From Pocillopora damicornis (lineage: Eukaryota): 64,000 bases of DNA. Positions 13,701 through 25,985 of this stretch are shown in pieces (the first letter of the stretch is position 1; each line of letters opens with the position of its first letter). A program made the position numbers and the translations under genes. The notes beneath the pieces were generated by a model. That model did no database searches. It saw only the letters and a program-made list of their open reading frames with translations, and was not told where the DNA came from. The stretch covers positions 124,001-188,000 of the forward strand of contig NW_020843987.1 of the NCBI RefSeq assembly GCF_003704095.1, given 5' to 3'.

Positions 13701-15192
13701 GTCAGCTATCCCCTCTAGCTGCTACACATCCTTGTAAATTAGTTATAAGAAATTGTCCTAATATCAAGGTAACAACTTCTCCATGATAAGTTGAGTATTC
13801 TCACTACATGTTTTCTGGATACTGTTTGGATATTCTAAGGAGAAGTTATGTGTTAATCACTCCTAGTGTGGCAAAGAACTCTTGATCATATCACAGAAAA
13901 AAAAATTGTCTCTGCAACCTGTTTGCTGTTAAAATATCTGCTAAGAAAATTTTATTCCTTTCAAGTCTTGTCCTTGGTGGAGACGAGGGAGGGAGTGTAT
14001 CAAAACTCCTTTGTTCTACCTCTGTGTTTTTTCTTGTCCTTCCTGTTAACTATGTTAAATTTATAAGGAGAAGGATTCACACTCAACTTGCAGATGTTGA
14101 GCATTTCAAAGGGCTGTCCAGTAAATGATGACTTGTATAATTATCTGTCAATCCAATGAGAAAGATGATTACAAAATATACCGGAAGTCTGATATATGTG
14201 ACTTGCTCTTTGATAATCAGAATAATCAGAAACAAATGATAGGATTTTAATATATTTAGGATGGTACAAACATGTTCTCATCTACCCTAATTTGCTTTTA
14301 GGCACAGAGAAGTGGTACACCAAGTGAGGCCAAGGCCTTGTTCTCCATTGATGTCAATCATCGGGTGAGGAATGCTTTCACATCCATTGTTTTTATTCCA
14401 TTTTATGACATTTCTCTCTTTTAGTTACTCCTAAGAAACAATAGATTTTCTAGATGAGTGTCTAACTTCCCAAAGACCTTTGTGATGAACACAATCGCTA
14501 CCATGATGCAAAATCATGATTAGACTCTTTATCCTCTAAGAAGTTCTGAGATGTCTTTGGGAAGGTGTACACTGGGTTTTTTGGGCTTTTGTATCATGAA
14601 AATTTTGCCAAACTTTCCAGTTGAATACCTACAATCTTCTTCATCCATTTTTACCTCATGGTATGATGGTGGTCATTCCATGAGGATTAAGTAGCAACCT
14701 AAAATTCACTTACTCACTTGCACTATTCTGATCTGTTAGACCATAAATTTATGATTTGAACATGGATGAAATTCATTATGGCCTGCCTCCCTAACTAGGT
14801 TTGGTTCTCTCCCCAAAGTCATGCCATTGTCTTCTGTATATCTATCTGATGGGGAGGGACAGGTTCAGAAATGTTATTTGATCTACATACTTGTCATATT
14901 TACTTGTTTTCCCAACCCATCCAACCAATGGTTTTTGATGACCCTCATGTAGAGTGTAACCTTACTTTTGGCAGAAAGTAACTCAAGTTATGGAGGCCTG
15001 GCACCCCAGCAGGTTGATTCTAACTTTCTCTTACTGATATGTTTCCTAAAGGTTAATTCAAAGTTGATTTGTTGTTTTTAGGGAGCTGGCCGTGAAGGAC
15101 TCTATGTACAAACAGAGTTTATTGCCGTTGTAGCAGCTTTGTTGATTTGGTGGAGTGCCAACAATGTTAAAAGTAAACTGCAGGAATCCTAG
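10765..15192 (+). CDS. SSR4: Translocon-associated protein subunit delta (TRAP-delta), 6 exons, 172 aa
   Basis: Exons 10765-10825, 11215-11333, 12145-12219, 13396-13485, 14302-14364 and 15082-15192 are GT-AG and total 519 nt. Signal peptide, then GDAC...YTT...ESVFIVEFSLKC...NLYAEVNGKVMPVTR...YQVSW...FYDDEGY...RKAQR...LFSIDVNHRG...VQTEFIAVV and a C-terminal TM, matching TRAP-delta. AATAAA at 15259-15264. Confidence 0.95.
12565..12793 (-). mobile_element. Degenerate tRNA-derived SINE
   Basis: CTCCTGGGTG..GG..GG...AGAGTGAAGTGTCTT..CCAAGAAC followed by a decayed antisense tRNA-like head; resembles a common anthozoan SINE as remembered. Confidence 0.5.
12817..13026 (+). mobile_element. TTAA-flanked MITE, family A
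   Basis: TTGACCCTT...AGGGTTAA with the family A body. Confidence 0.75.
13232..13321 (+). ncRNA. Box C/D snoRNA candidate A (SSR4 intron 3)
   Basis: Perfect 10-bp terminal stem CCAAAGACAT/ATGTCTTTGG. Box C ATGATGA 13244-13250, D' CTGA 13267-13270, internal hairpin GTGTAC-AAA-GTACAT, C' ATGATTA 13286-13292, D CTGA 13307-13310. Sense to the host; box D is 85 nt upstream of the 3' splice site. Confidence 0.8.
14120..14197 (+). ncRNA. Box C/D snoRNA, SNORD110-like (SSR4 intron 4)
   Basis: Box C ATGATGA 14125-14131. The guide ATCTGTCAATCC (14143-14154) is the exact complement of the conserved 18S segment GGAUUGACAGAU. D' ATGA 14156-14159, C' ATGATTA 14165-14171, D CTGA 14189-14192. TGATGACTTG...ATCTGTCAATCC resembles vertebrate SNORD110 as remembered. 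Confidence 0.8.
14466..14564 (+). ncRNA. Box C/D snoRNA candidate B (SSR4 intron 5), paralog of candidate A
   Basis: Perfect 12-bp terminal stem CTTCCCAAAGAC/GTCTTTGGGAAG. Box C GTGATGA 14482-14488, guide AATCGCTAC 14493-14501, D' ATGA 14503-14506, C' ATGATTA 14516-14522, D CTGA 14546-14549. Confidence 0.8.
14930..15042 (+). ncRNA. Weak box C/D snoRNA candidate (SSR4 intron 5) with SNORD26-like guide
   Basis: TGATGA at 14936-14941 and CTGA at 15034-15037, preceded by TAACTTTCTCTT-A, which resembles the remembered SNORD26 guide. The terminal stem is poor and the CTGAT could be the branch point. Confidence 0.3.
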
Positions 15193-16233
15193 GCTGGCTC
15201 AATTGGTTTAAAATTTTTAACTTTATCCACAACTGTAAAACACTTTTTCTTTGTATTTAATAAAATTGGATACAAAAACAAGAACTTTGAGTAATGATGC
15301 TGAATTTTAAATAAATTGCGGTTAAGCAAGTCTTGATTGTGAATTTCAAGGCAACCACTTACTGATTTACAGAGTTTGCAGATACTGTGCAGTCATAAAT
15401 ATAATTACAAATAGAAAGCGTAATAATAAGTGATCTGATTCTTCACAAAATATATTAAGAATAAAAATCCATTTTACTGTTATAGGGTTAAATAACTGTT
15501 TCTCTTACATACTGAAATGTTATTAGCATTATTATCATTATTATTATTATTTCTACTATTGTTATTATAATAATTTAATAATAAACAATTATTGGCCTTA
15601 GTAGAGGTGAATATTTACACAGCCGTGTAGCAGCAAGGTAAATATCCACTACTTTTGCCAACACTGAGGTGAATAATTGTTTTAGTATATACCAAACAAA
15701 TTTAAAAATAATAAGGTGCAATCAACTGAGTTGAAAATGTAAATTAGCCACGCAAATCATTTCTGAACCAGCCAGCCAATGAGCACGCACAAAAAGGACA
15801 CCTGAGTGGTATATGCTTATTAAAAATATCTACAATCATTAAAGTAGGGGCTCATTACCTGTGTCTTGGCTTTGATTGGTGCCGTCAGACGCTAAAACAG
15901 GAGCCAAGAGAAACAGCTATGGCAGTTGCCTCTCCCTGATCTACTGAGATGAGAGTTTCATCCCATAGCTACATGAACACTAGTCCAATAGATGTTCCTG
16001 AAACCACCTTACAAAAAATACTTTATGGGTGGTACTCAACATAATTAATTATGGTAAGAAAACTTGTAGGACGTTGTACCTGCAGATAAAATATTTTCGC
16101 GATAAATATCAAAACATTCTTTAAAAATTTGAATTTTTTTTTCGGTTAACAAAGTCAGATTTAGCATCGGCATGGATTCGCTTCGTGTTCCAGAAGCTTC
16201 CTGAAGTCTTCGGAAGTCATCTTTCCTCGCTTG

Positions 16234-19200
16234 TTATAGTTCGGTGTGTTCAGTATCTGTGTCTAAACTTGCTGCATCTGCATTAATCATCACGTGATAG
16301 AAGTAATTTATTGTCTTTTCATAATTCTTGACTCCAATTCTTTCATTAAACCCATGGATTCTTTTGGCGTCCTCGGGTGTCAAAACTGATGGCATAAATC
16401 TGTAGACGGCATCTGTGAGCTCTAGATAATACTTGGTATCTGTGTTTGCTATCATAAGTCCTGAAAAGAAATACAACGGGGAAAAGAGTTCTTAATACCT
16501 TGAACTAAAAAGCTTAGGGTTGTTAACAACACCTATAGGGGAGGAGGGGGTCGTTTGTCCCTCCCCACCCTGGACGAATAACTATTCATCTATATTCATC
16601 TTTTTCTCAAATTTCTCCATCAGTTTGTTTACTTTTTTTCCAAAACAATAAATAAATTGCCAACTACTAGGATACCCTGTGTAAGATTTGTATTTCAGGC
16701 GCTTACCTGGCGATACGCCAACTTCTGGGAAAACTTGCCGCACGCTTTGAGAAATAACCTGTGAGGAACACAAATTAAAAAATAAATAAATAAAAGAAAA
16801 CAATTTTACATGAATGAATGTATGCATCTCTGACAAAAAATTAATTTGTTGAATTAGCTTTAAAGATCAAAGTAGATCTTTACATCGTTAGCCAAGGCAA
16901 GGAATCAATGTCTCTATCGGAACAACTGCACACCTACCCTTCCCTCAACCCGACAACAGTCGAGGGTTAGGGGAGGGTTATTGCTGGATTTGGGAGAGGG
17001 GTAGGTGCACAACAGTTAAGATACTGACTTTGATCCAATAGTCAAAGTACAACAAACTACTTACAGGTCACATTTCGACAGGGTCTACAAACAGCCAAAT
17101 AAAACGTAACCAACATCAAATAGACACCCTCCCCTCCCCGAACTTGTTTCCTTAAAGCGCCCCTCCTCCCCCCGCCCCACCATGAACTCTATTTCCGAGA
17201 GTTTCTTGTAATAATCCTGTTTTGTTCATTGTTTTGTTTTTTATACCTGGAATCCAAATGAATGTATATCCCAGCTAGAGACGGGTGAGGGCTTTGCTGA
17301 CTGCATTACACGAATGCTAACACGATCATCGTCAATACAGCGACGGTCATGCTCCAGAACCTACACAAGAGAACAAAAATTTATTTATTTTTTCCCTGTT
17401 ATGTTTTGAATTTTTTTCTTTAAGTTAATCCGTGTTTTACTTTAAGCGTACTTCCCCTTGTCTGATTGGTTGAGAAAGTAGCACGAGTTTTCTACACCAA
17501 TCACAGAGCGAAGCAAGAAAAACAAAACAATCCCGGAATACTTGCCACACTCAACTTAAGGTTGCTGTAAATAAGCAGAGCGATGTGTCCTCACCTCTTC
17601 AATCGTGTTACTCGGATGAACCCGATGGTTTACAGTGACTCTTGCAGAGGAGGGTATCACGTTAGCCTATTTGGTGGTGAAAAAAGAAAGAATGAAAGAT
17701 AAAAGATATGATATCATATTTTTCTTGGTTGCACGCCTATATTGATTATTTTATTCGCCGACCTATCTCAATATCTACCACAAATGATGCTTTGATATTT
17801 GATCCCGGTATGATGCACATGAAAGCTTTGTGCAGGGCCAAGCAACCTCGTTCCCAAGGTCCTCTCTCTTCCTCCTTCGTAAAAGGACCTTGGTTGTAGC
17901 TGGTCACGTAACTATGCAAAGAACGCCGCAGGGATGGTGGGTGCTCGACTTAATTTAGTCACTAGTGCAATTAAATTCTATCGTTTGGAGGGACAAATCG
18001 CGAGTGCTTTATGCAGCTAGTACTGACAAAAATTTTACACATGAGCCTCTCCCTCCATTTCAAAACATCAAAACGTTGACATTATTCAAAATAATTTTAA
18101 CACAAACCTTGACCCCGGCGTTAAACTGAGTTACAGCAGTTGTTGTCCGAAGGAAAGCATTTGTTGTAGGTTTCTTCTCAAGGATTCTATATGGAAAGAA
18201 CAACTTTTACATCAGGTGAGAAGACGTTCCTTGGAGTCTTCCCAAATTCGAACTACCCTCAGCTTTTCTCACTGAAACGGTTGGCATGTTGAAAAATCAC
18301 AAGTCTCACAAAATTATCATCCAATCTAAAAATCTCGTCAGCTTTTGCAATAAGTACTTAAGTATCGTATTTCTTTGAAATTTCCCGAGTGCAGCATTTC
18401 TGCGTACATCTAGTGTACCTTGGTAGGGAGTTCTCGTTGTTAGTGGCGAAATTCTGTATGAGCACATTGTGGTTTGAAAAACCGATAAAAATTGTAATCT
18501 AGTGCTTTTATAATTGTTTTACTGGTACAATTCAACCAATCAGGGCACTCGTAGTATCTCACTTATTATATAATAATTTGTCCCACGTTCGTGGCAGATC
18601 GATTGGCATGGGTAGCTATTTTTGATATGTAACAAACCTGACAACAATTGGGCTGAAAAGCCACAGGTTTGCCAAGATAGCCCTCAGATAGACTGGAACC
18701 TGGGAAATAAAGATACCTTATTAGCAACTTGCTTGTTAGAACTTTTCGGTGTAACACTCAAAGTTTATGAAAATATAACATACGCGGACAAATATCCAAA
18801 TTTGGTATAACTACTCAGGTGATTATAGAGATGTGCGCATTCTGATTGGTCGAGGATTGCGTCATAGCTTGCTATAACCACCTTGCGTGATGTGATTATA
18901 GCAGGTGCGCTTAATTTCAAAATGACTGCCTCGCGTCATGCCAATCAAATAAACCCGTAAAATTGCATGTTCATCTTGACTATAAATATTGCCTATTTAT
19001 AGTCAAAGGTAGCCCCGTGTACCTCTTTGTACCACTGTAATGTTAGTTGGTATGCGACATCGGGAAATACAAGGATTTGTGTAGGAAAACAGCTCCATTT
19101 AAACAGCTCCATTTATGAACAAAAGAACGTCCTGGTCTCAATAAACCCAAAACCCCTTCAATCAGTGTTTTTTTGGTCGCCAGTGTGGTTATCAAGTCAA

Positions 19201-22200
19201 AATGTGACGATTCAGTTTTTTTTTTCAATTTTAGCTCCCCAGACTAGATTACTGTGAATCGGCTTCAAAACAACCCTGAAACGCACTACAGTGCGTATTT
19301 TCCAAATCAAATCACAAAACATTTTTTTTTGTTTGTCAAGACAACCGTTTTTCGTAAACGAATCCTTATGTTGCTGCTGTTGCGCAAAAGTATCACTGAT
19401 GTACCTGTACATCGAGATTAGGGTGCCTTTGGTATACTATGCCTTTCAGTTGGCTTTACCTGAGGGGCAAAATTTTCAAACATTTCCCTTACTGGACCAG
19501 TGGAATCAAATACAGCAGGAATGGGACAGGCCTCTAATCTATGAAAAAAAAAAAATGAATGGAATGGAATTATTTAAGAGGGTAAGATATCAGAAGTTAG
19601 AGAAAGAGAGACGAAAGGGAAGGATGAAGAGCCAAGAAGCTAACGAATGAAAACAATGGAAGAAATAGACTGTATAAACAAATGAACGTAAGGAAAAATG
19701 AACGAAGAAACAAACGAACGAACAAAAGGTCGTCCGAGGGGGCGAACGAACGACGGAACGAGCGAACGAACGAATGAACGGGCGAGCGCACGAATGAATG
19801 TCGACGAACGAGATGTTCGCCGAAACGTGCAAAGAAACGAACAGACAGAAGGACAGACGGTCGTAAGCACGCACATACAATCGCACGCACGTTTGCACGC
19901 ACGCACGGATGGACTAAAACAGAAGAAACGAAAAGAAGGATTGGAAAACGGATAAAAAGGATGAAAAGTTGGAAAGCGACCAAAGCAGTCAACAACGAAA
20001 GTTATTACGAATTTACAATGCCAAAGACTTACTTTGCAACAGCATTTGACAGGATTCCAATACTGCTCTCCCTAGGTGGCATTGACGAATGCCCAGCTGA
20101 AGTTTGCACACTTAGTTCTAGTGTTATGTAGCCTTTTTCTGCTACTCCAATTCTATAGACAAAATAATACACACAATCACGGATCCAATATATATTGTTA
20201 CCGCCTTTTTGTCTCTTACGATGCTAATAATCAACCCTTTCACTCCCAAGATCTCATTAGTAATTCTCCTTACTACACTTTACAATTCTTATGATGTTAG
20301 CTTAGAGAATTTGGTATTGGATCAACTAAATATCTCCTTATCGTTATTTCCTCTTTATTCTCATCACTTGTCTGCTTGATATTGTATTGATATCGTAAGG
20401 AGAACTTCACTCTTGCTCACTCATGGGATTTGAGGAGGTTACAGGTACAAATCATTCTCTGCCTCCTTTTTAGTCAGAACTAATAACAGCTTTGAACTAT
20501 GAGCAAAAAGCGAGAAACATTGGTGGCAACTGCAGAGCATAAGGATCTTTTTCTTCTTTGTTCATTCATTCTTTTTTTCCTCAGCTGGAGAGAATCTGGG
20601 AATGAGGCAAAATCAACCCAATTACAGCAAATGATAAAGTGGAGACCCATGCAAAGAAGGGATCATTCTCTCTTGACCCCACCCCACATTTCTCACCCCT
20701 TACACTCCACTCAGGGTGTGGCTTGCCCTTAAAACAGGAAAGATGACACCCATTCTGCAGGCTACAAAATCAGTGACAAATATTTCAATTTCTTTTACAC
20801 TGACGGGAAGTGCCTCCTACCATAACTATTCTAAAACTATGGTATATATTGAGTTGAAAAAAAAAAACATAGGTTTTTGTCTTACTCACAAAGCATATGA
20901 CTTCTTTAGACCTGGAAAAGCATCTTTAACAATGACTGTTCCCTCATCGACTAAAAATTCCAGCTTCACTCCTTGAGATTTTAAATATGCTGCAATTTGC
21001 TTTGCTCCATCGATTCCTAGGACCTTTTTGAAAAATCAACTATCCACATAAGCAAACAAGAAAAGACAGCAACAACCTCCTTACCAAGCTCTCTCTTTTT
21101 CCTGTACCTCTCCACTCCTCTCTCTGTCTTACCCTAACAGTGGGGGGGGGGGGGGGNNNNNNNNNNNNNNNNNNNNNNNNNNNNNNNNNNNNGGGGGGGT
21201 GGGAAGGAAAAGACCCTTTGAAAGTGGTTGGGAGTCTTAGTTCATAATCTTCAAATGAGTTAGTATGACGCACTGCCATATCACAAATTAGCACAGCGTG
21301 ACATGGGATGGGTGTGATATGACATTTTGTGACATGAGGTAACATAACATGACATGACACTTATTAACATGACTTGTCACAAGAGACAGGACATTTTGAC
21401 CTGTGATGTGACATCAATACACAACATGTCACGACACTGATGTGACATGACCACATTGATATCATATTTGACATCACACCACACTAAAAGTCATCAGATT
21501 TGTAACATGACATGACGACATAAAATGATTTAAAAAATAGCATGTTTGAACTGTCTTGACATGAGTGAGTGCCATTGATAAGAGATTAAAGAGTTTTAAA
21601 ATAAGCAGGGTTGAAATCAAAAACTGGTAGCTGGCTGTCAGACCATATTCTACCAACCACTTTGGGAATTGTGATCAACAACAGAAAATAAGTATTTTTT
21701 AACTGAGTCTATCATCAATTTACTGCAAAAAAGAGTCACTCAAATGTTTCCCACAATGCTATAGATCATGTCTCTGAAAATTTCTAATTTTAAAATTTTT
21801 TCCAAGGGAGCACAAAACATGCCATACAAGCAAAATTCAATTCCACCACCTACTAAGATCATAAATCTATTTCAATTTCTATTGATAACTCCATGAAAAA
21901 CCAAAATGCAATCAGAATAAATCATTTTACATCAACTCACCTCTTCATCATGTCCAAAAGCTAAGAAAAAGCTGCGCTGTGGTTGGTGGCCTTGTTTGAG
22001 AAGAAATTTGAGAGCCTCCAGGGAGCCCTACATAGGATGAAAAACACCAATGATTTACATTAAATTGCTTAGTCGGAATTAGCACCTAACTTAGTCTGAG
22101 GTTTGTAAAACTGTACTAAAATTTTATTCAAACAGAGCAAATCAGCCAAACTCTGCAGGAAATAGAAAGTATAAAAGAGCTTATAATGTGAATTAAAATA

Positions 22201-24201
22201 AAAAACCAGTAATGATAATGATAACCATAACCATAACGAAAGAAAGCGGGTCAAAAATAATTAGTTTCACACAGTTACTGTGCAAACAACTAAAATGTGA
22301 CCTCTTCACTGACCCTCACAAGAAGGATAACTAACATTTCAAAATTATCCCCTTGCTGACAATGATAATGATGACATTTGTCTTTCTCTGAAAAAAGATG
22401 CCAATGACTTCCTGTACAACTGGGAGTTATGAGTGTGAAGATGGCTGAAAGTCAAATCCTTGCTCAAAACAGTTGCAATGCAGACACAGGATTGCTCAAA
22501 GTGGGCAATTCTGTGTCTGCATTGAACAATAAAAATGAAGCCAACTGCTGGAAATCAATGTAGATATCATTGATTGCATTTCCTGTTTTTTATGAGATTT
22601 TATAAGATATTTTTGATAACCCTTAAACAAAGAACTCCTTTATAAAACGAAAGCACTTCCAAAGTACCATGACTCCATTTTTGTGATCCAAAGTTCCTCT
22701 TCCCCAGAAGTACCCATCTTGAACACGCCCTTCAAAGGGGGGTACTTCCCATGATTCATTGGTGGCAGGTACTACATCAAAGTGACCAGCAATCAGATAG
22801 GGCTTTAGCAATGTGTTACTTCCTTTTACGGAAACAAGCAAACTGTAATTTCCAATAATTTTGTGTTCAACAAGGGAATGGCTAAACACATCTGAAAACT
22901 CTGCAAGAAATAGATAAGTCAAATAATTCCTTGCCATCCAATTTGTGTTGTACTTATCTTCTCATAAATTTTCTGAGCTACCATAGGTCAGCATAGTATC
23001 CACTAAATTCAAGTATCAAACTAATACATCTATTTTTTTTTTTTCACTCTAGAAAAGTTGGGCCATTTGAATTTGACCATTGCTAAAACATTTCTATTTT
23101 GGAAAGCTTTTAGTTTGTTTCAATAGTTCTAATGTGTATTGCCTTTGAATACTTTAATTTTAATTAGTATAGAACTTGAACGCTTCTGATTATTGTTTAC
23201 AGTTTTAGCACTATATAAATTCCTTATCATTATCATTATCATTATCCTTATTAAGGATGACATTAATTGTAAATTAAATAGTTTTCACATACACACTTAT
23301 TAATTTCAAGTATTGTTCTATTTTGCATACCTTCCTAAATAATAGGTATGTTCTAATTCTGTATCTAAGAGGAAAACCTCCCAGCCTTTCTTTGACAAAC
23401 TTGCTGAACAATACCACACACTAACTACAAATGTCAGATCATTACCCGTCTTCATTATGCACGACAGTTCTGGATTAAATTTGGAAGGTATTAGGCAGTC
23501 AGAGCAAACTTGCAGGCTGTCAGATCATTTTGCACCCCAGCTACTTTACGAAATGTGATCAAAGACAGTAAAAAAGAACTTTTTAACTGATTCTAATATA
23601 AACGTGTTGCTAAGCATAATTCTCTCAGTTCAGATCATACCCCTATTACGATTTCTATGACATCCCTGCATAATAGCTGAGGATTATAAAAACATCTTTT
23701 TGCACCATGAAATGGGACAGGAGAGAATCACTTCTGAATAACACTTAAATTCAATTCCGCTGTTACGTACCAGCTGTTTTCGAATTTACAGTTCAAAACT
23801 AATGAAAACTAAGACCAATTAATACGCTGCAGTATATATGACTGTATCCTTGAAATCAGCTAAAATTTGAAAGGTCTGCCTTAATAGAGTAAGAAAAAAA
23901 GCAGGAAATCATCATAAATCTTGCCTTTGCAATCCTCACCTTTCAGAATAAACTGAAGGAAATTGTGTAACTCTTCTCGATTGTAATTTCCAACATTCCA
24001 GGAAACCGTTTGGAAAGAAAGCGCAGTTTGAAACCTTCTCTTCACGTCCTCGTCTACATTGATATAATCTAGATCACTTGGTTTGCATGGGTAGGCAGCT
24101 GTTGGCTGATGAGAATACATCACAGTTCTTGCGATAATTATTAAAACGACTGTGAAAAAGGCTGTCAGAGAAAGGTATGAAAGTTCGCGAACACCCGCCA
24201 T
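16234..24201 (-). CDS. PM20D1: N-fatty-acyl-amino acid synthase/hydrolase PM20D1-like (peptidase M20 family), 12 exons, 506 aa
   Basis: Exons 24201-23940, 22900-22668, 22027-21941, 21023-20890, 20152-20033, 19538-19460, 18699-18638, 18186-18108, 17666-17595, 17360-17247, 16758-16707 and 16460-16234 are GT-AG and total 1521 nt. Motifs: [63 protein letters not shown]; N-terminal hydrophobic anchor. Confidence 0.93.
16901..17036. mobile_element. Palindromic MITE; half copy at 45831-45893
   Basis: CACCTACCCTTCCC...GGGAGAGGGGTAGGTG inverted arms; the 45831 copy shares CACCTACCC and ACAACAGTC. Confidence 0.65.
19680..19912. repeat. Degenerate (AACG)n/(GCAC)n simple repeat in PM20D1 intron 5
   Basis: Read directly; it explains the overlapping spurious ORFs at 19590-19995. 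Confidence 0.9.
20231..20441 (+). mobile_element. TTAA-type MITE, related family
   Basis: TCAACCCTTTCACTCCCAAGATCT...GGGATTTGAGGAGGTTA; about 210 bp with the same layout as families A and B. Confidence 0.65.
21157..21192. other. Assembly gap within a poly-G tract
   Basis: 36 N flanked by G runs. Confidence 0.99.
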
Positions 24202-24677
24202 GTTTGAAATCCTCTTCACGTTATGAGCCAGGCGTCCCTGTTCAGTCACGCAAATTTACTAGAGCCTGGTTTCGCGAAAAAATGGAAGGGGTAGACTGGT
24301 GAAGAGACAAGCGAGGGGAACGAAACGTGAACCGCCGCGCCACCACTCTGCCATTGCTGTCCCATTTTGAAAAAGTATTTAACAATGCTGTATGATTTGA
24401 TTCTCAAAAAGTCGTTGCAAAGAAAATGAAAAAGAAAAAAGTTTGTGAGCCATCGAGGATCCTAAAAAATGACATTAATTTCAAAACAGACCACAATTTT
24501 CTAAAGATCCCCACTCATTGGCAGTCAATTTTCCACAGTCCTCCCTTTATACTCTGTAAAAGACAAATGATCCCCCTCTGTTCCCCTGAAAACCAAGTGA
24601 CACCCACCCCCTCCCCAAAAAAAAACCTCCCACCCCTCCCTAAAGCGATAAATAATAGCTGTCTTCTTAGGCCGGAG

Positions 24678-25003
24678 TTAAGAACCTTTAACTATATATG
24701 ACGGCGATGGCAACGAGGTCATGGTTAATCAAAAGATCTAATTTCTTAGCCGACCACTGCAAAATACCAACATGAAATCATCAAAATTTGCATAACCTGA
24801 GAAAAGAAACCCCGACGGCAAATTATTTAAGTTTCCATTTGGAACTCATATGGGACTGCTGCTCTCTACGTTAAGCTGAGATTAAACACATCTGGATGGT
24901 AAACACGTCAAGCAATTTGCGAAATTCTTACAAAAAATACATATTCATTTTTTAATCGATGTCTCTCTTGACATTACCGTCCTAACTACTAAATGTCCTT
25001 ATT
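24678..25003. mobile_element. MITE-like repeat with imperfect terminal inverted repeats
   Basis: TTAAGAACCTTTA...GACGGCGATGGCAACGAG at the left and CTCTTGACATTACCGTC...TAAATGTCCTTATTAA at the right; internal block shared with about 4400-4520. Confidence 0.6.
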
Positions 25004-25985
25004 AAGATTATAAGTGATTTATGACTCAAAGCAAGAAGCTTCTTTTCAATCAACAAACATGTAAAATGATCTTCATCTTGCCTGCAAATTCTTCATATAT
25101 AATTTCTGTTATATAGGGTGTATCCCTCAAAGTGATATGTGCCAGGTAGGATCTCTATCTGATTGTGGTAACAACACATCTCGCGGGGAGAACGCGCAGG
25201 GCACACCGATTTTAGAACAACATCCACGTCTCGTGTGTTGGTGTTTCGATTTTCTAGTGTTACTTTGTTTTTCGCGTGATATGTTGCATAGACTGGAAAA
25301 GCAAACAATATTGATCTAAATTTGTTTGATAGCAAGAGAAGAAGACAGAACTTCGGATGAGTTCTCGTGGAAGTTAATGGAACTCATAATGTAAGAAGAG
25401 GGAGTTCCAATCTTTTACCTATAACTTTCACAAATGCTTCACAGCCAAAACTTAGAACGTACAGGCGACTTTTATTTCACATTTAAATTGTCTGTTCAGT
25501 GTTCAACAGTTATCAATAAATCTTATAACTTAAATCACCTGCAATCACTTACAAACGAAAGCACTTAAACTACTTTGTCTGAAATGTCTTTCTATAGTTT
25601 TTTTCGCTAAATATAGTATTATTTATATCTAAACATATTCAAAATTATCCATATAGTTTAGTCTACATGTTTGCATCGACCATCGAAGAACACGATAAAG
25701 AAAGAAAATAACAGAAAGAGCGACTGTCTTAGGGGATGGTTTCGCGTATCAAGTTGACTTCGAAGCCCCGGGGTCTCGTGATAAATTATTCTGAACGAGC
25801 AGGATTGGCGACGCGCCGCTGAGAATAGCTCAAACAAAAATAAGCTCCCTATTAAAGGTTAAAACATTTTAAAGGCTGTGGCAAATTAAAATGGTGCCGC
25901 ATTTGCTGATTTCGAACTCTTCTGCACGCAATAATCAGCGGTAAATTGGTTAAATTCATTTACGCTGAAACAGATGGCAACCAAA

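Noticed and set aside
13625-13708. Additional box C/D snoRNA in SSR4 intron 4 (GGATGA...CTGA)
   Set aside because: The CTGA falls within a degenerate family B MITE end; box C is non-canonical and no guide is recognisable.
14658-14866. Further C/D-like pairs in SSR4 intron 5 (ATGATGG...CTGA; GGATGA...CTGA)
   Set aside because: Imperfect box C, no clear C'/D' pair and no convincing rRNA complement; worth a snoscan run but not callable by eye.
15840-15990. Relatively GC-rich block between SSR4 and PM20D1, considered as an HDV-like ribozyme or ncRNA
   Set aside because: I could not build the nested pseudoknot or match a family; probably a repeat fragment.
19590-19995. Overlapping 85-132 aa ORFs
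   Set aside because: Artefacts of the stop-poor (AACG)n repeat.
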